This document shows positions 36,235 to 44,528 of a stretch of 64,000 nucleotides of DNA, one piece after another (the stretch's first letter is position 1; each line of letters starts with the position of its first letter). This DNA is from a virus. Its lineage: Duplodnaviria > Caudoviricetes. The DNA is taken from the IMG/VR virus record IMGVR_UViG_3300037247_001786, positions 64,001 through 128,000 of that record; one strand, 5' to 3'. The notes beneath the pieces are model-generated. The model worked only from the letters and a program-made list of their open reading frames with translations, did no database searches and was not told the origin of the DNA. The position numbers and the translations under genes are program-made.

Positions 36235-37041
36235 ATTAAAATATCTTATACAAGAGCGAAGCAATGGGATCAAGAAACTTTAGACAGAATTGGGCAGTTG
36301 TTTTTAGAGGGTAATAATATATCTCAAGTTGCTAAAATAATGAATATTCCTCGTACAACCCTAACCTCTTTAAACAAAAAATACAAATGGAAAGAATCTA
36401 GAGTTTTTTCTCAAGACGAATTAGATACAATCGGAGAATTAATATCAGAAGGTAATTCTTTAACCGAAATTGCAAATATGCTTAATATCCCTCGTTCGAC
36501 ATTGTCTTGGATGAGAGGAAAATACAATTGGGAAAGTTTTGACGAACAAAAACGAAAATGGTGGAAACAATTAGCCGATTCTTATCTAGAGGGATTAAGC
36601 TTTGATGATGTAGCCGCCAAATTTAACACGACTAACATAAGTGTTCGTAATGCATTAATATTTTTAGGTTTAAAAGATAAGATACGGTCTCAATCAGAGA
36701 TTTCTAAACAAAAATGGCAAGATGAAGATTTTAGAAATAAGATGATGGAATACCATGGAAGTGATGAAAATAGAAAAAGGGTAAGTGAATGGTCTAAGAA
36801 GAATTGGCAAAATCCTGAAATGAGAAAGAGGTTGACAGATGCTCCTACTCAATGGTGGGCAGAGCGAGGAGGACTAGAGGGTTATTTAACATCTATTCCT
36901 AAAGAGCAAGCTATTACTTATTTAAATGGACTTGTCGCTAGAAAACATACTGAAAATCCTGATATGGCATTTGCTATTAAAAATAAATATATGCAAATAA
37001 TAGAGCGAGCCAATTCTGAACCTCAACTACCTACTATATAA
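36217..37041 (+). CDS. Multi-HTH protein with NUMOD3-like basic tail (starts MNWYK)
   Basis: Three helix-turn-helix-like units (ISQVAKIMNIPRTTL, LTEIANMLNIPRSTL, FDDVAAKFNTT) and a SK.KWQDE.FR-type tail. Confidence 0.7.
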   Translation: MNWYKQIKISYTRAKQWDQETLDRIGQLFLEGNNISQVAKIMNIPRTTLTSLNKKYKWKESRVFSQDELDTIGELISEGNSLTEIANMLNIPRSTLSWMRGKYNWESFDEQKRKWWKQLADSYLEGLSFDDVAAKFNTTNISVRNALIFLGLKDKIRSQSEISKQKWQDEDFRNKMMEYHGSDENRKRVSEWSKKNWQNPEMRKRLTDAPTQWWAERGGLEGYLTSIPKEQAITYLNGLVARKHTENPDMAFAIKNKYMQIIERANSEPQLPTI

Positions 37042-37045
37042 ACTA

Positions 37046-37075
37046 GCCCAAACCCTCAAAAGTTTGGGCTTTTTT
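37046..37075 (+). terminator. Rho-independent terminator
   Basis: GCCCAAAC-CCTCAAAA-GTTTGGGC plus T-run; nearly identical to the copy at 33923. Confidence 0.8.
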
Positions 37076-37136
37076 CTTGGACAATATACTGTCGTACCTC
37101 GTCATAGCGTGCCGTAGCTAGGAGTAAGTGATTTCT

Positions 37137-37165
37137 TTGCAAAGTGATTAAGATATCGCTATAAT
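37137..37165 (+). promoter_or_regulatory. Sigma70-like promoter with AGTGATT box
   Basis: TTGCAA-N17 (starting AGTGATT)-TATAAT. Confidence 0.75.
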
Positions 37166-37193
37166 ATATCTTTAATTATTTTGAGGAGAGAGG

Positions 37194-37655
37194 ATGCCAG
37201 AGATATTAGGCGATATAGATATGTTCGCGGGAGAAAGAAAGAAAAAATGCACTTATTGCAAAAGATTTAAAAGCTTAGATAAATTTGGAAAAGATAAAGG
37301 GCAATCTTCTGGATTAAAATGCAGATGTAAGGGATGTATGAATCTTATTCAAAGGCAGGACTATGCTAATAGTAGTAGACGCTACGAAGATATGACCAAG
37401 AGAGCTTTGAAACGCCTTTATGGAATATCTTTAGAGCAATATAAAAAAATGGCTGATGCACAAATGAACTGTTGTGCTATCTGTGGCAAACATCAAAAGA
37501 ATTTTAATCATCGCTTAGCCGTTGACCATTGCCATGAAACTGGAAAAATACGAGGGCTACTATGTGCTAAATGCAATACGGGTATCGGAAATTTTAAAGA
37601 CGATATTCACTTATTAGGACAAGCCATAGAGTATCTTCGATGCGATACAAGATAG
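37194..37655 (+). CDS. Recombination endonuclease VII-family (His-Me finger) nuclease
   Basis: CAICGK...LAVDHCHETGKIRGLLCAKCNTGIG...AIEYL. Confidence 0.85.
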   Translation: MPEILGDIDMFAGERKKKCTYCKRFKSLDKFGKDKGQSSGLKCRCKGCMNLIQRQDYANSSRRYEDMTKRALKRLYGISLEQYKKMADAQMNCCAICGKHQKNFNHRLAVDHCHETGKIRGLLCAKCNTGIGNFKDDIHLLGQAIEYLRCDTR

Positions 37656-37714
37656 GCAAATAGAGGTTTTCTTTTATTTTCGCGGAATAAATAGTTATGA
37701 ATTGGTATAAACAA
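37640..37714 (+). repeat. 75-bp junction repeat, copy 2
   Basis: Spans the nuclease stop, the intergenic promoter and the first six codons of the next gene. Confidence 0.9.
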
Positions 37715-38353
37715 TCACAATCTATAGGTAAGAGGTGGACATTAGAAGACCTACAGGTAATAAGAGAATTACTCGAAGAGGGGCATTCCTCAAGGCAAAT
37801 AGCTAAATTATTTGAAGTAGCCCACTCTACAATAAATACGTTAAACAATAAATACAATTTAAAATCTTTTCCTAAAAAACAATTGAACAGAATTAAACCT
37901 ATGGAAGATAAGATAAAAGAACTCTATCTATTACCTCCTGATGGTCAAGGTTTATCTGCTATGGAAGTTGGAAGACAATTAGATATTTCTCCTACTACTG
38001 TTCGTAAAGTTATAGGAAATTTAGGGCTAGATGTTAGAGGGGGGGCTGAAGCTTGGGATGATGATAGAAGAGAGCAAACAAGTGAAAGATTTAAAAAGCA
38101 ATGGGAAGACCCGGAACATAAGGAAATGATGAGAGGAGTTTCGGAACAGTATTGGAACAATCCCGCAAATAGGGAAAATGCGAGTCTTCGAGAAAAAGCA
38201 AGATGGGAAGATGACCCTACGATTAGAGAAAGGGCTGTTAAGAAAAGAGAAGAATATTGGGCAAATTATCCTGGTGGTTTTAATGCTTGGATACAATCCT
38301 TTCCTCCTGAGAAGCAAAAAGAAATTCTTAATGCGATAAACGCTCCAAATTAA
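37697..38353 (+). CDS. Multi-HTH protein with NUMOD3-like tail (starts MNWYK); paralog of 36217
   Basis: SSRQIAKLFEVAHSTI and SAMEVGRQLDISPTTV HTH units; ..QWEDPEHKEMM tail. Confidence 0.7.
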   Translation: MNWYKQSQSIGKRWTLEDLQVIRELLEEGHSSRQIAKLFEVAHSTINTLNNKYNLKSFPKKQLNRIKPMEDKIKELYLLPPDGQGLSAMEVGRQLDISPTTVRKVIGNLGLDVRGGAEAWDDDRREQTSERFKKQWEDPEHKEMMRGVSEQYWNNPANRENASLREKARWEDDPTIRERAVKKREEYWANYPGGFNAWIQSFPPEKQKEILNAINAPN

Positions 38354-38361
38354 TTAACTTC

Positions 38362-38415
38362 AAGCCCATCTCTTATTGAGTTGGGCTTTTTTAGTGATTT
38401 AATTTCTGTTAAGAT
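38362..38415 (+). terminator. Terminator fused to an AGTGATT promoter (cassette junction)
   Basis: AGCCCA...TGGGCT-T-run, then TGGGCTTTTTTAGTGATTTAATTTCTGTTAAGATGAAGT as at 33941-33979. Confidence 0.75.
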
Positions 38416-38438
38416 GAAGTATTAAATGGAGCAAAGAT

Positions 38439-38909
38439 ATGGGATATAGAAATTATTTATATAAGATAAAAAAAGAAGATTATGTTAAGGGGCGAGAGTT
38501 TTTCGATTATGACGATGATATTGCGACTGAGATATATGAGCTTGGCAAATATCTTGATAACGAAGTTAGAGAAGGTCTCTCTGTTATAGATGAAAATAAC
38601 TGCCCAGATACTGAATGCTTGTTAATTGATATAGAATCGGTACTTTGCATCATCTCTCATTATGCTCAAAGGCATCTTAATTTTCTCAATACTTTAAAAA
38701 GAGGAAAGAACCCTCAATATACTATGGAATCACATCTTGATGACCAGATTCGAAAATGGTCTCGCCCAGATGACTTTGTTTATGATTTAGATAGAGGTAG
38801 AGAAAATATAGTAAACAGTTGGGAATTTCAATATGAGATTTTTGATTTAGTTCGTATTTATAAGACATTTGATACTGAAAATTATTTTTTAATATGGGCA
38901 GGATATTAG
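38439..38909 (+). CDS. Hypothetical protein
   Basis: GGAG SD; 156 aa. Confidence 0.6.
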   Translation: MGYRNYLYKIKKEDYVKGREFFDYDDDIATEIYELGKYLDNEVREGLSVIDENNCPDTECLLIDIESVLCIISHYAQRHLNFLNTLKRGKNPQYTMESHLDDQIRKWSRPDDFVYDLDRGRENIVNSWEFQYEIFDLVRIYKTFDTENYFLIWAGY

Positions 38910-39025
38910 AATGAAGAAAAAATGTATTTGTTCTCGTTGTAAGAGTATATGGACTCGGCAATCAAGGAGTTGCATAAAAATAACTTGCACTTGCGGAAAA
39001 GTGGTTATGGACAGGACAAAAGAAT

Positions 39026-39292
39026 ATGAATCGAGAAGAAGACATGAGATTTAAACCTGGGCAAAAAGTAAAACTTAAAAAAAGTGCTTTAAGTAGTCAG
39101 CAAGATGGAGTTGTATCTAATTTATATCCTCCTTATGTAGCGACTATTAGTTTCGTTACCCCTGACCCTCATTCTGGTGATTATATGTACGAGTTTAAGG
39201 AATGCCCTTGGGGTTGGTACGAGAGTGAGGTAGATTGTCTTTATAGGTGGGAAAAGGCATCTAATATATTTGCGATAATAGATTTAGATTAA
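39026..39292 (+). CDS. Hypothetical protein, SH3/KOW-like (FKPGQKVKL)
   Basis: ORF track; ends FAIIDLD. Confidence 0.5.
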   Translation: MNREEDMRFKPGQKVKLKKSALSSQQDGVVSNLYPPYVATISFVTPDPHSGDYMYEFKECPWGWYESEVDCLYRWEKASNIFAIIDLD

Positions 39293-39312
39293 TATTTAGC
39301 GGGAGAAAAGTT

Positions 39313-39762
39313 ATGAAAATAGTGATAAATAGTTGTTATGGGGGTTTTGGGCTTTCTTTAAAAGCTCAAGAAGAATATTTAAAATTGTCTGGTAAGGAAG
39401 CTTATTTTTATAAGATGTCTGAATATAAAAATTTTAAAGATGGTCCAAATGAATATAAAAAAGAAGAATACAAAAGGACATCTTCTAAATCTAATTCTCT
39501 TTGGTCTCAAACATTCACAAAAGATTTTGGAGAAACTTTCGAAAGTATTCCAGACGAAGATTATAGAAAATATATCTTTAATGACTATAAAATAGAAAGA
39601 GATGATCCTATTTTAGTATCTGTTGTAGAGAGTTTGGGTAAAGAGGCTAACGGAGCTTGTGCCGAACTGTCTATTGTAGAGGTGCCAGATGATATTAAAT
39701 GGTTTATAGATGAATATGACGGACAGGAACATGTAGCTGAAGAACATAGTACTTGGTATTAG
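39313..39762 (+). CDS. Conserved-looking hypothetical phage protein
   Basis: MKIVINSCYGGFGLS...RDDP.LV.VVE.LG..ANG..A.L.IVEVPDD..W.IDEYDG.E, a pattern familiar from diverse phages. Confidence 0.65.
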   Translation: MKIVINSCYGGFGLSLKAQEEYLKLSGKEAYFYKMSEYKNFKDGPNEYKKEEYKRTSSKSNSLWSQTFTKDFGETFESIPDEDYRKYIFNDYKIERDDPILVSVVESLGKEANGACAELSIVEVPDDIKWFIDEYDGQEHVAEEHSTWY

Positions 39763-39953
39763 GAGATATATTAATGAGTACTTTAACTGAAACATTATTG
39801 TGTGTATTAATGACAGTGGCAATATTTTGTATTTTCTATACTACTTTATTTATATTTGGTATTTTTCTTAATATAGCGATGATATCTTATATTTTAGGTA
39901 TTATAATTTTACTTCTTTTTAGATATAATATGACAGGAGATGATTGTGGGTAA
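39753..39953 (+). CDS. Small two-TM membrane protein
   Basis: Two hydrophobic segments; GGAG SD before an internal ATG. Confidence 0.5.
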   Translation: MVLGDILMSTLTETLLCVLMTVAIFCIFYTTLFIFGIFLNIAMISYILGIIILLLFRYNMTGDDCG

Positions 39954-40032
39954 AGAAATTATGATGAGGATGATGCAGGGACAGATAGAGTCGAATTAGC
40001 GACAGATGCTTAATAGTTATTTTTAAAATATT

Positions 40033-40062
40033 AAAGCCTTCTTTTAAAGAGGGCTTTTTTTT
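40033..40062 (+). terminator. Rho-independent terminator
   Basis: AAAGCCTTCT-TTTAA-AGAGGGCTTT plus T-run. Confidence 0.8.
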
Positions 40063-40127
40063 CGCGAAAATTTAATTGTAAGTGATTCTATTTTATGTTA
40101 TATTGTCATTTTAATTAAGGAAACAGT

Positions 40128-40391
40128 ATGAAGATTAATCAATATAATTTTTATTTCCCGTCTAAACTTTTAAAAGAAGTATTACCTGGTGAAGTGTTTT
40201 ATTTTACTGCTCCATGTAGTGGAACTCCTTATACTCGGATAGGAGCTTCTATTGATCATACAAAATTTTACATTCTAGACATAGGATGTAGTGAATTCTT
40301 CGAACCAAAAGAAGAAGATATGGAGAAAAGGGTTTATCTTATAGATGGTGTTTTTAACTGCACAATGCTTCCCCGCCCTGAAGACAAGTAG
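40128..40391 (+). CDS. Hypothetical protein
   Basis: Preceded by TTGTA-AGTGATT...TATATT promoter (40076-40104) and AAGGA SD. Confidence 0.55.
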   Translation: MKINQYNFYFPSKLLKEVLPGEVFYFTAPCSGTPYTRIGASIDHTKFYILDIGCSEFFEPKEEDMEKRVYLIDGVFNCTMLPRPEDK

Positions 40392-40424
40392 AGGATAATT
40401 GCCTTCTTTGTAGAACTATCTATT

Positions 40425-40853
40425 ATGAGTAGTTTTACAGATAATCTAATAGTTAGCCCTCTAAAAGACAGTAAAAGGTGGGTTGTAAGAAAAGAATTTT
40501 CTTATGATGTTGGTTTCGAAGGTAGTAATAATACCATAGTTGTCCCAGCGGGATTTATTACCGACTATGCAAGTATCCCGCAATTTTTATGGAGTTTATT
40601 TCCTAATGTTGGGAAATACACTTCTGCCGCCGTGATCCATGATTTTTTGTATTACTCTCACGAAAGAACAAGAAAGGAAGCTGACGATATATTTAAGGAG
40701 GGAATGATAGTTTTAGGGGTAGAGGAGTGGAAAGCCAATTTATTTTATAGTGCTGTTAGAACTTTTGGTGAAGGAGCTTATAAAAATAATAAAAAATACA
40801 TTATTAATTTTTTAGATGAATATATAAAAATACAAAAAATGGAGAAATTATGA
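40425..40853 (+). CDS. DUF1353 family protein
   Basis: VVPAGFITDYASIP...AAVIHDFLY...RKEADDIF. Confidence 0.85.
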   Translation: MSSFTDNLIVSPLKDSKRWVVRKEFSYDVGFEGSNNTIVVPAGFITDYASIPQFLWSLFPNVGKYTSAAVIHDFLYYSHERTRKEADDIFKEGMIVLGVEEWKANLFYSAVRTFGEGAYKNNKKYIINFLDEYIKIQKMEKL

Positions 40854-41149
40854 GTTTTACATTGCAAAAAATAGGGTCAGGATTATGGATCGCGGCATTA
40901 GCATTGTTATTTTTAAAAGAAATAGCATTTTGTTATTTAGCTTTATTGGGTGTGGGGATCATTGACCTAATTTTAGTTAAGAAAAAAGAAAAAACTATCA
41001 CTCAGTGGTATAGAGCAAAATTACCTAAATTAGTAGATACTATTTTAACTGTAGGATTGGTAGGTTTATTCGTATGGGCTGGAGGGCATATCGCTGGCTT
41101 ATATTTTTTAATGGGAACAATTAATGGTCACTTAAATGGCGATTGGTAG
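40850..41149 (+). CDS. Multi-TM membrane protein
   Basis: Four hydrophobic segments. Confidence 0.55.
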   Translation: MSFTLQKIGSGLWIAALALLFLKEIAFCYLALLGVGIIDLILVKKKEKTITQWYRAKLPKLVDTILTVGLVGLFVWAGGHIAGLYFLMGTINGHLNGDW

Positions 41150-41219
41150 GACAATAGTGATGAAGAGTTAAGGGTAGTAGGGTCAATAGAGGATCGTTTT
41201 GAGATATTAGATTTATGAT

Positions 41220-41248
41220 AAGATGGTTAGCCAATAGCCATCTTTTTT
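41220..41248. terminator. Terminator between convergent gene blocks
   Basis: AAGATGGTTA/TAGCCATCTT hairpin with a T-run on the + strand. Confidence 0.65.
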
Positions 41249-41252
41249 ATTT

Positions 41253-42455
41253 TTAACCATGTTCATGTGGATAATTTTCTAAACTCCTATTTTCTACCAA
41301 TGATCTATCGGCAGTTGCAACAGTTCTACTTTCCAGCCTTCCTCCAACAGTTGCTCTAAATAATAAAAGATCTGACATATCATCAGTTACAATGACTCTT
41401 AATTCGTCATCATTTTCTCCCTTTAGAACTAATGGGGCATAATTTACTATTCTACATTGCAAGAAAGTAGTTGTATCATCTCCCCATATCTTTACATGAG
41501 TATTTGGTATACTTAGTAAATCTCCTATTGATCTTGTTGGAAGAGAAAAGACTATAACTCCATCAACGATTCTTTGATATATTACTCCTGATGCTAATGT
41601 TATTCCTAAGAATTTTGTATAATCAAGGTAGGAGACTGTAGGATGGTAAGTAGGATCTCCTGCGACAACTGGAAGAGCATTAGGAGCTGTTGCTATTGGA
41701 GCCGCTATAGTAAGGGTAATTTCATCAACATGATGCCACTGATCTCTTAATGGTACGATATTGAATATTTTAGGACCACCTCCTACTGTTGACCCCTCTA
41801 TTTGTAAATCATCTATATAGAACGTTGGACCTAATCCGCTTCTAACTTCTATTGTGACTCTAAGAGCATCTATTGTTAATCCTATTAATGCCATATCTAA
41901 CAAAGGTATAGTTAATTTTTGCCAATTTCCAGTTGAAGCAGGTGTAAAATAATTTTCTAACAACACTCTTGTTCCTACATCTACTGCTCCTCCTGTGTCC
42001 CATCCATAAATACTTATGTCATCTCCTGCTGCCCAATTTGCTGTAACATATACGAACAGAGTTATAGAAGAATAGGCAGATAGGGTTATATTTCCTGAAG
42101 GATTTAAAAATTGTATGGTATCACCAGGCTGGGAATTGATAGATTGTAGACTTTGAGTTCCTGTATTAGCCTGAGTTATACTAGTTAGATCCCAGTTTGG
42201 TCCATTTTCTATAGAACCAGTCCAATATGGGTTATCTCCTCCATCGTAGACTTCTTCTATGACCGCTCCTACTCCTGAGCTTGCATCTATATTCATGCCT
42301 ATTCCTAATTCGGAATTGGAAAAGAATTGGGTCAAGTTAGTATATTCTTTCAGATCGCGTGTGGATACAATAAGACCATTTTTTTCTCCTGGAGAGACAT
42401 CTATGTGAGCTTTATTATTATTCTTAGGATCTGTAATATAACTTTCTACGCCCAT
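41253..42455 (-). CDS. Putative structural protein with a carbohydrate-binding-like beta-sandwich
   Basis: WQKLTIPL.D...IDALRV...TFYIDDLQIEG pattern; N-terminus related to two neighbouring genes. Confidence 0.5.
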   Translation of the reverse strand: MGVESYITDPKNNNKAHIDVSPGEKNGLIVSTRDLKEYTNLTQFFSNSELGIGMNIDASSGVGAVIEEVYDGGDNPYWTGSIENGPNWDLTSITQANTGTQSLQSINSQPGDTIQFLNPSGNITLSAYSSITLFVYVTANWAAGDDISIYGWDTGGAVDVGTRVLLENYFTPASTGNWQKLTIPLLDMALIGLTIDALRVTIEVRSGLGPTFYIDDLQIEGSTVGGGPKIFNIVPLRDQWHHVDEITLTIAAPIATAPNALPVVAGDPTYHPTVSYLDYTKFLGITLASGVIYQRIVDGVIVFSLPTRSIGDLLSIPNTHVKIWGDDTTTFLQCRIVNYAPLVLKGENDDELRVIVTDDMSDLLLFRATVGGRLESRTVATADRSLVENRSLENYPHEHG

Positions 42456-42461
42456 ATTTTA

Positions 42462-43055
42462 TTATCCTGAGAATGTTGGGTGATAGTTGATACCAAATGT
42501 TAATGATATTTTTTCTGAGGTAGGTGTCTTACTATACACAGAGATGATTCTATTTCTAGGAATAATTATGTCTTGGTCGAAGTTATGATATTTAGAACCG
42601 TTTGACTCTATGTATACTCTTTGAAGAATTGTTCCTCCAGATAATCCTGTTATATCATCTCCTGCCAAAAAAGTTCCAATTGCAGTATTCCCGCTACCAA
42701 GATTCATATTAACAGGAGTCACGCTTGTGCCTCCAACAGGATCTCCTTCCTCTCCTCCTCTAATCTCAATGCAATCACTAAGTCCTGTTCCTGCTAATCT
42801 ATGTGTCATTCCTTCTATTGTCATATCTATCGCTGAAGTATTTTTCATATAGAATATGCAAACTTCTTCATCAGTATCTCCAGCAGAAGGGTCATAGGTC
42901 ATAGGAGTTTGCTCAAGAAGGATATTAAAGGCTAGACCATGACTATGATTTGTATCATGTTCTGTTGATGCAGTGATCGCAACAACTTCTAACTTATTAT
43001 CTTTATTAACGGCAACGGTTCTGCCTGATCCTGTCCCATCTTCAATTAAAATAAT
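42462..43055 (-). CDS. Hypothetical protein, paralog of 43090-43713 (extends beyond the ORF-track start; no ATG/GTG/TTG)
   Basis: The frame stays open upstream of 42902 as IILIEDGTGSGRTVAVNKDNKLEVVA, after an AAGGA SD. Confidence 0.55.
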   Translation of the reverse strand: MILIEDGTGSGRTVAVNKDNKLEVVAITASTEHDTNHSHGLAFNILLEQTPMTYDPSAGDTDEEVCIFYMKNTSAIDMTIEGMTHRLAGTGLSDCIEIRGGEEGDPVGGTSVTPVNMNLGSGNTAIGTFLAGDDITGLSGGTILQRVYIESNGSKYHNFDQDIIIPRNRIISVYSKTPTSEKISLTFGINYHPTFSG

Positions 43056-43089
43056 ACACCATCCTTTTCTTTAATTAATATTTTCATTA

Positions 43090-43713
43090 TTACCCTGGTC
43101 TTTTCATTCCGAAAGATAATCTAGTATAAAAGGTTCCAGCAGTCTTATCTCCTACATATGATAGTTCCATAGTTCCTCCTTGTCCTAGTACGACCGATGC
43201 TTCTTTATTGAAAACGTTCATATCTCCATCTTCTTTTGTATACCATCTATCAATTTCTAATGCAGTTCCAGCCAAAGTTGGATTATCTGTATAAACAGTT
43301 ACTGCTGCTTCATTGTTGCTAGCTGTATTTATATTTATAGGGTCTACTTCTATTCCTCCAGATTCGTATGTTCTTCCGAAAGCTATTCTATAATAATTAT
43401 TATCACTAGTTGCAAAAGCAGTTCCTCCAGAAGACCCAAGTATTTGATGTCTTACATATGTAACGATTATACTTTCTGATGGCGAGTTATTCCTGATATG
43501 CAAAGCAGTTGTTGTTCCGCTACTGAGTGTTACTGTTCCTATTACTTGATAAGCTTGTTGTGCGAGGAAACTTATAGCGTGTTGGACGCTTTCTGAAACA
43601 GCTACGACTTCTAATCTACCAGAAGCACTTACTCCAACTTTTTTTCCAGAGCCTTTACCATCTTCAATAATTGACATTTTATTCTCCCATTTTATCTCTA
43701 TAAGATTCAGCAT
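43090..43713 (-). CDS. Hypothetical protein (probable start 43677, MSIIEDGKGSG)
   Basis: GGGAG SD before the ATG at 43677. Confidence 0.6.
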   Translation of the reverse strand: MLNLIEIKWENKMSIIEDGKGSGKKVGVSASGRLEVVAVSESVQHAISFLAQQAYQVIGTVTLSSGTTTALHIRNNSPSESIIVTYVRHQILGSSGGTAFATSDNNYYRIAFGRTYESGGIEVDPININTASNNEAAVTVYTDNPTLAGTALEIDRWYTKEDGDMNVFNKEASVVLGQGGTMELSYVGDKTAGTFYTRLSFGMKRPG

Positions 43714-43921
43714 CTTTATAAGTTAGTTTACTATTAGTTATTATATCTAGATGCATATTAAATTTTTTCAATTCCATTAATATTTTTTGGAAAAGCATTA
43801 ATTCTTCTAAAGAAAGAGTCATTAGCTCATTATTATCTTCTCCTGCTATTCCTATAGGTTGTGCTTCTGAATCAGTATCTTTTCCAAATCCAACTACGTT
43901 TTTTATTTTCTCTGTTGACAT
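43679..43921 (-). CDS. Small hypothetical protein, paralogous to the C-terminus of 43945-44523
   Basis: AQPIGIAGEDNNE versus AQPIGISGEDNNE. Confidence 0.6.
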   Translation of the reverse strand: MSTEKIKNVVGFGKDTDSEAQPIGIAGEDNNELMTLSLEELMLFQKILMELKKFNMHLDIITNSKLTYKDAESYRDKMGE

Positions 43922-43944
43922 TCTATTTTTTTCCCCAAAAACCT

Positions 43945-44523
43945 TTAATTTTCCTGTATAGGACCTATGTCTTTATTTCTAATATGATCCCCTGTCATGA
44001 TAGCCATTTGCATATTAGCTTTTATTAATTCTAAATAGATATCTTCTAGTAGTGTTTTTGCATCGAGGTCCATTGTTAAGACTTCATTATTATCTTCTCC
44101 CGATATTCCGATAGGTTGAGCATTTCCATCGGGGTCTTTGCCGTGAAGAAGGATTCCCCCTGTTTCGACTGTAATAGGTTGTCCTGGAGTTACTTCTTCA
44201 ATTAATTGATCGGAGACATCCGTTACTTCGTTTTCTTCTGCTGGAGTAATAGCTTCATCTATTTTAGCAATAGATATTGGTCCAGGAAATTCATTGGTAT
44301 ATATTTTCTGTTTGTTAAGGGAAAATTTGCCTGATTTAAGTAATGAAGCTAATACAGTGGAATGGCTTATTTTTTCGCGAGAATAAAATCTTAATACATC
44401 TATTTTTTTACCTGGTTTAATAACAGGAAGAAGGAGCAAATCTCCAACCGCCATATTATATTTGGTATTATTTGTTACCCACCAAGATTCTCTTTTATTC
44501 TCATCTCTTCTAATATCAGCCAC
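43945..44523 (-). CDS. Hypothetical protein with the shared PVIKPG N-terminal domain
   Basis: WWVTNN...D....PVIKPGKKIDVL aligns with the 26019 protein. Confidence 0.65.
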   Translation of the reverse strand: MADIRRDENKRESWWVTNNTKYNMAVGDLLLLPVIKPGKKIDVLRFYSREKISHSTVLASLLKSGKFSLNKQKIYTNEFPGPISIAKIDEAITPAEENEVTDVSDQLIEEVTPGQPITVETGGILLHGKDPDGNAQPIGISGEDNNEVLTMDLDAKTLLEDIYLELIKANMQMAIMTGDHIRNKDIGPIQEN

Positions 44524-44528
44524 ACTAT

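Noticed and set aside
34600-37714. CRISPR array or integron attC cassettes
   Set aside because: Repeats are kilobases apart, are not palindromic attC-like sites, and no integrase is present in the window.
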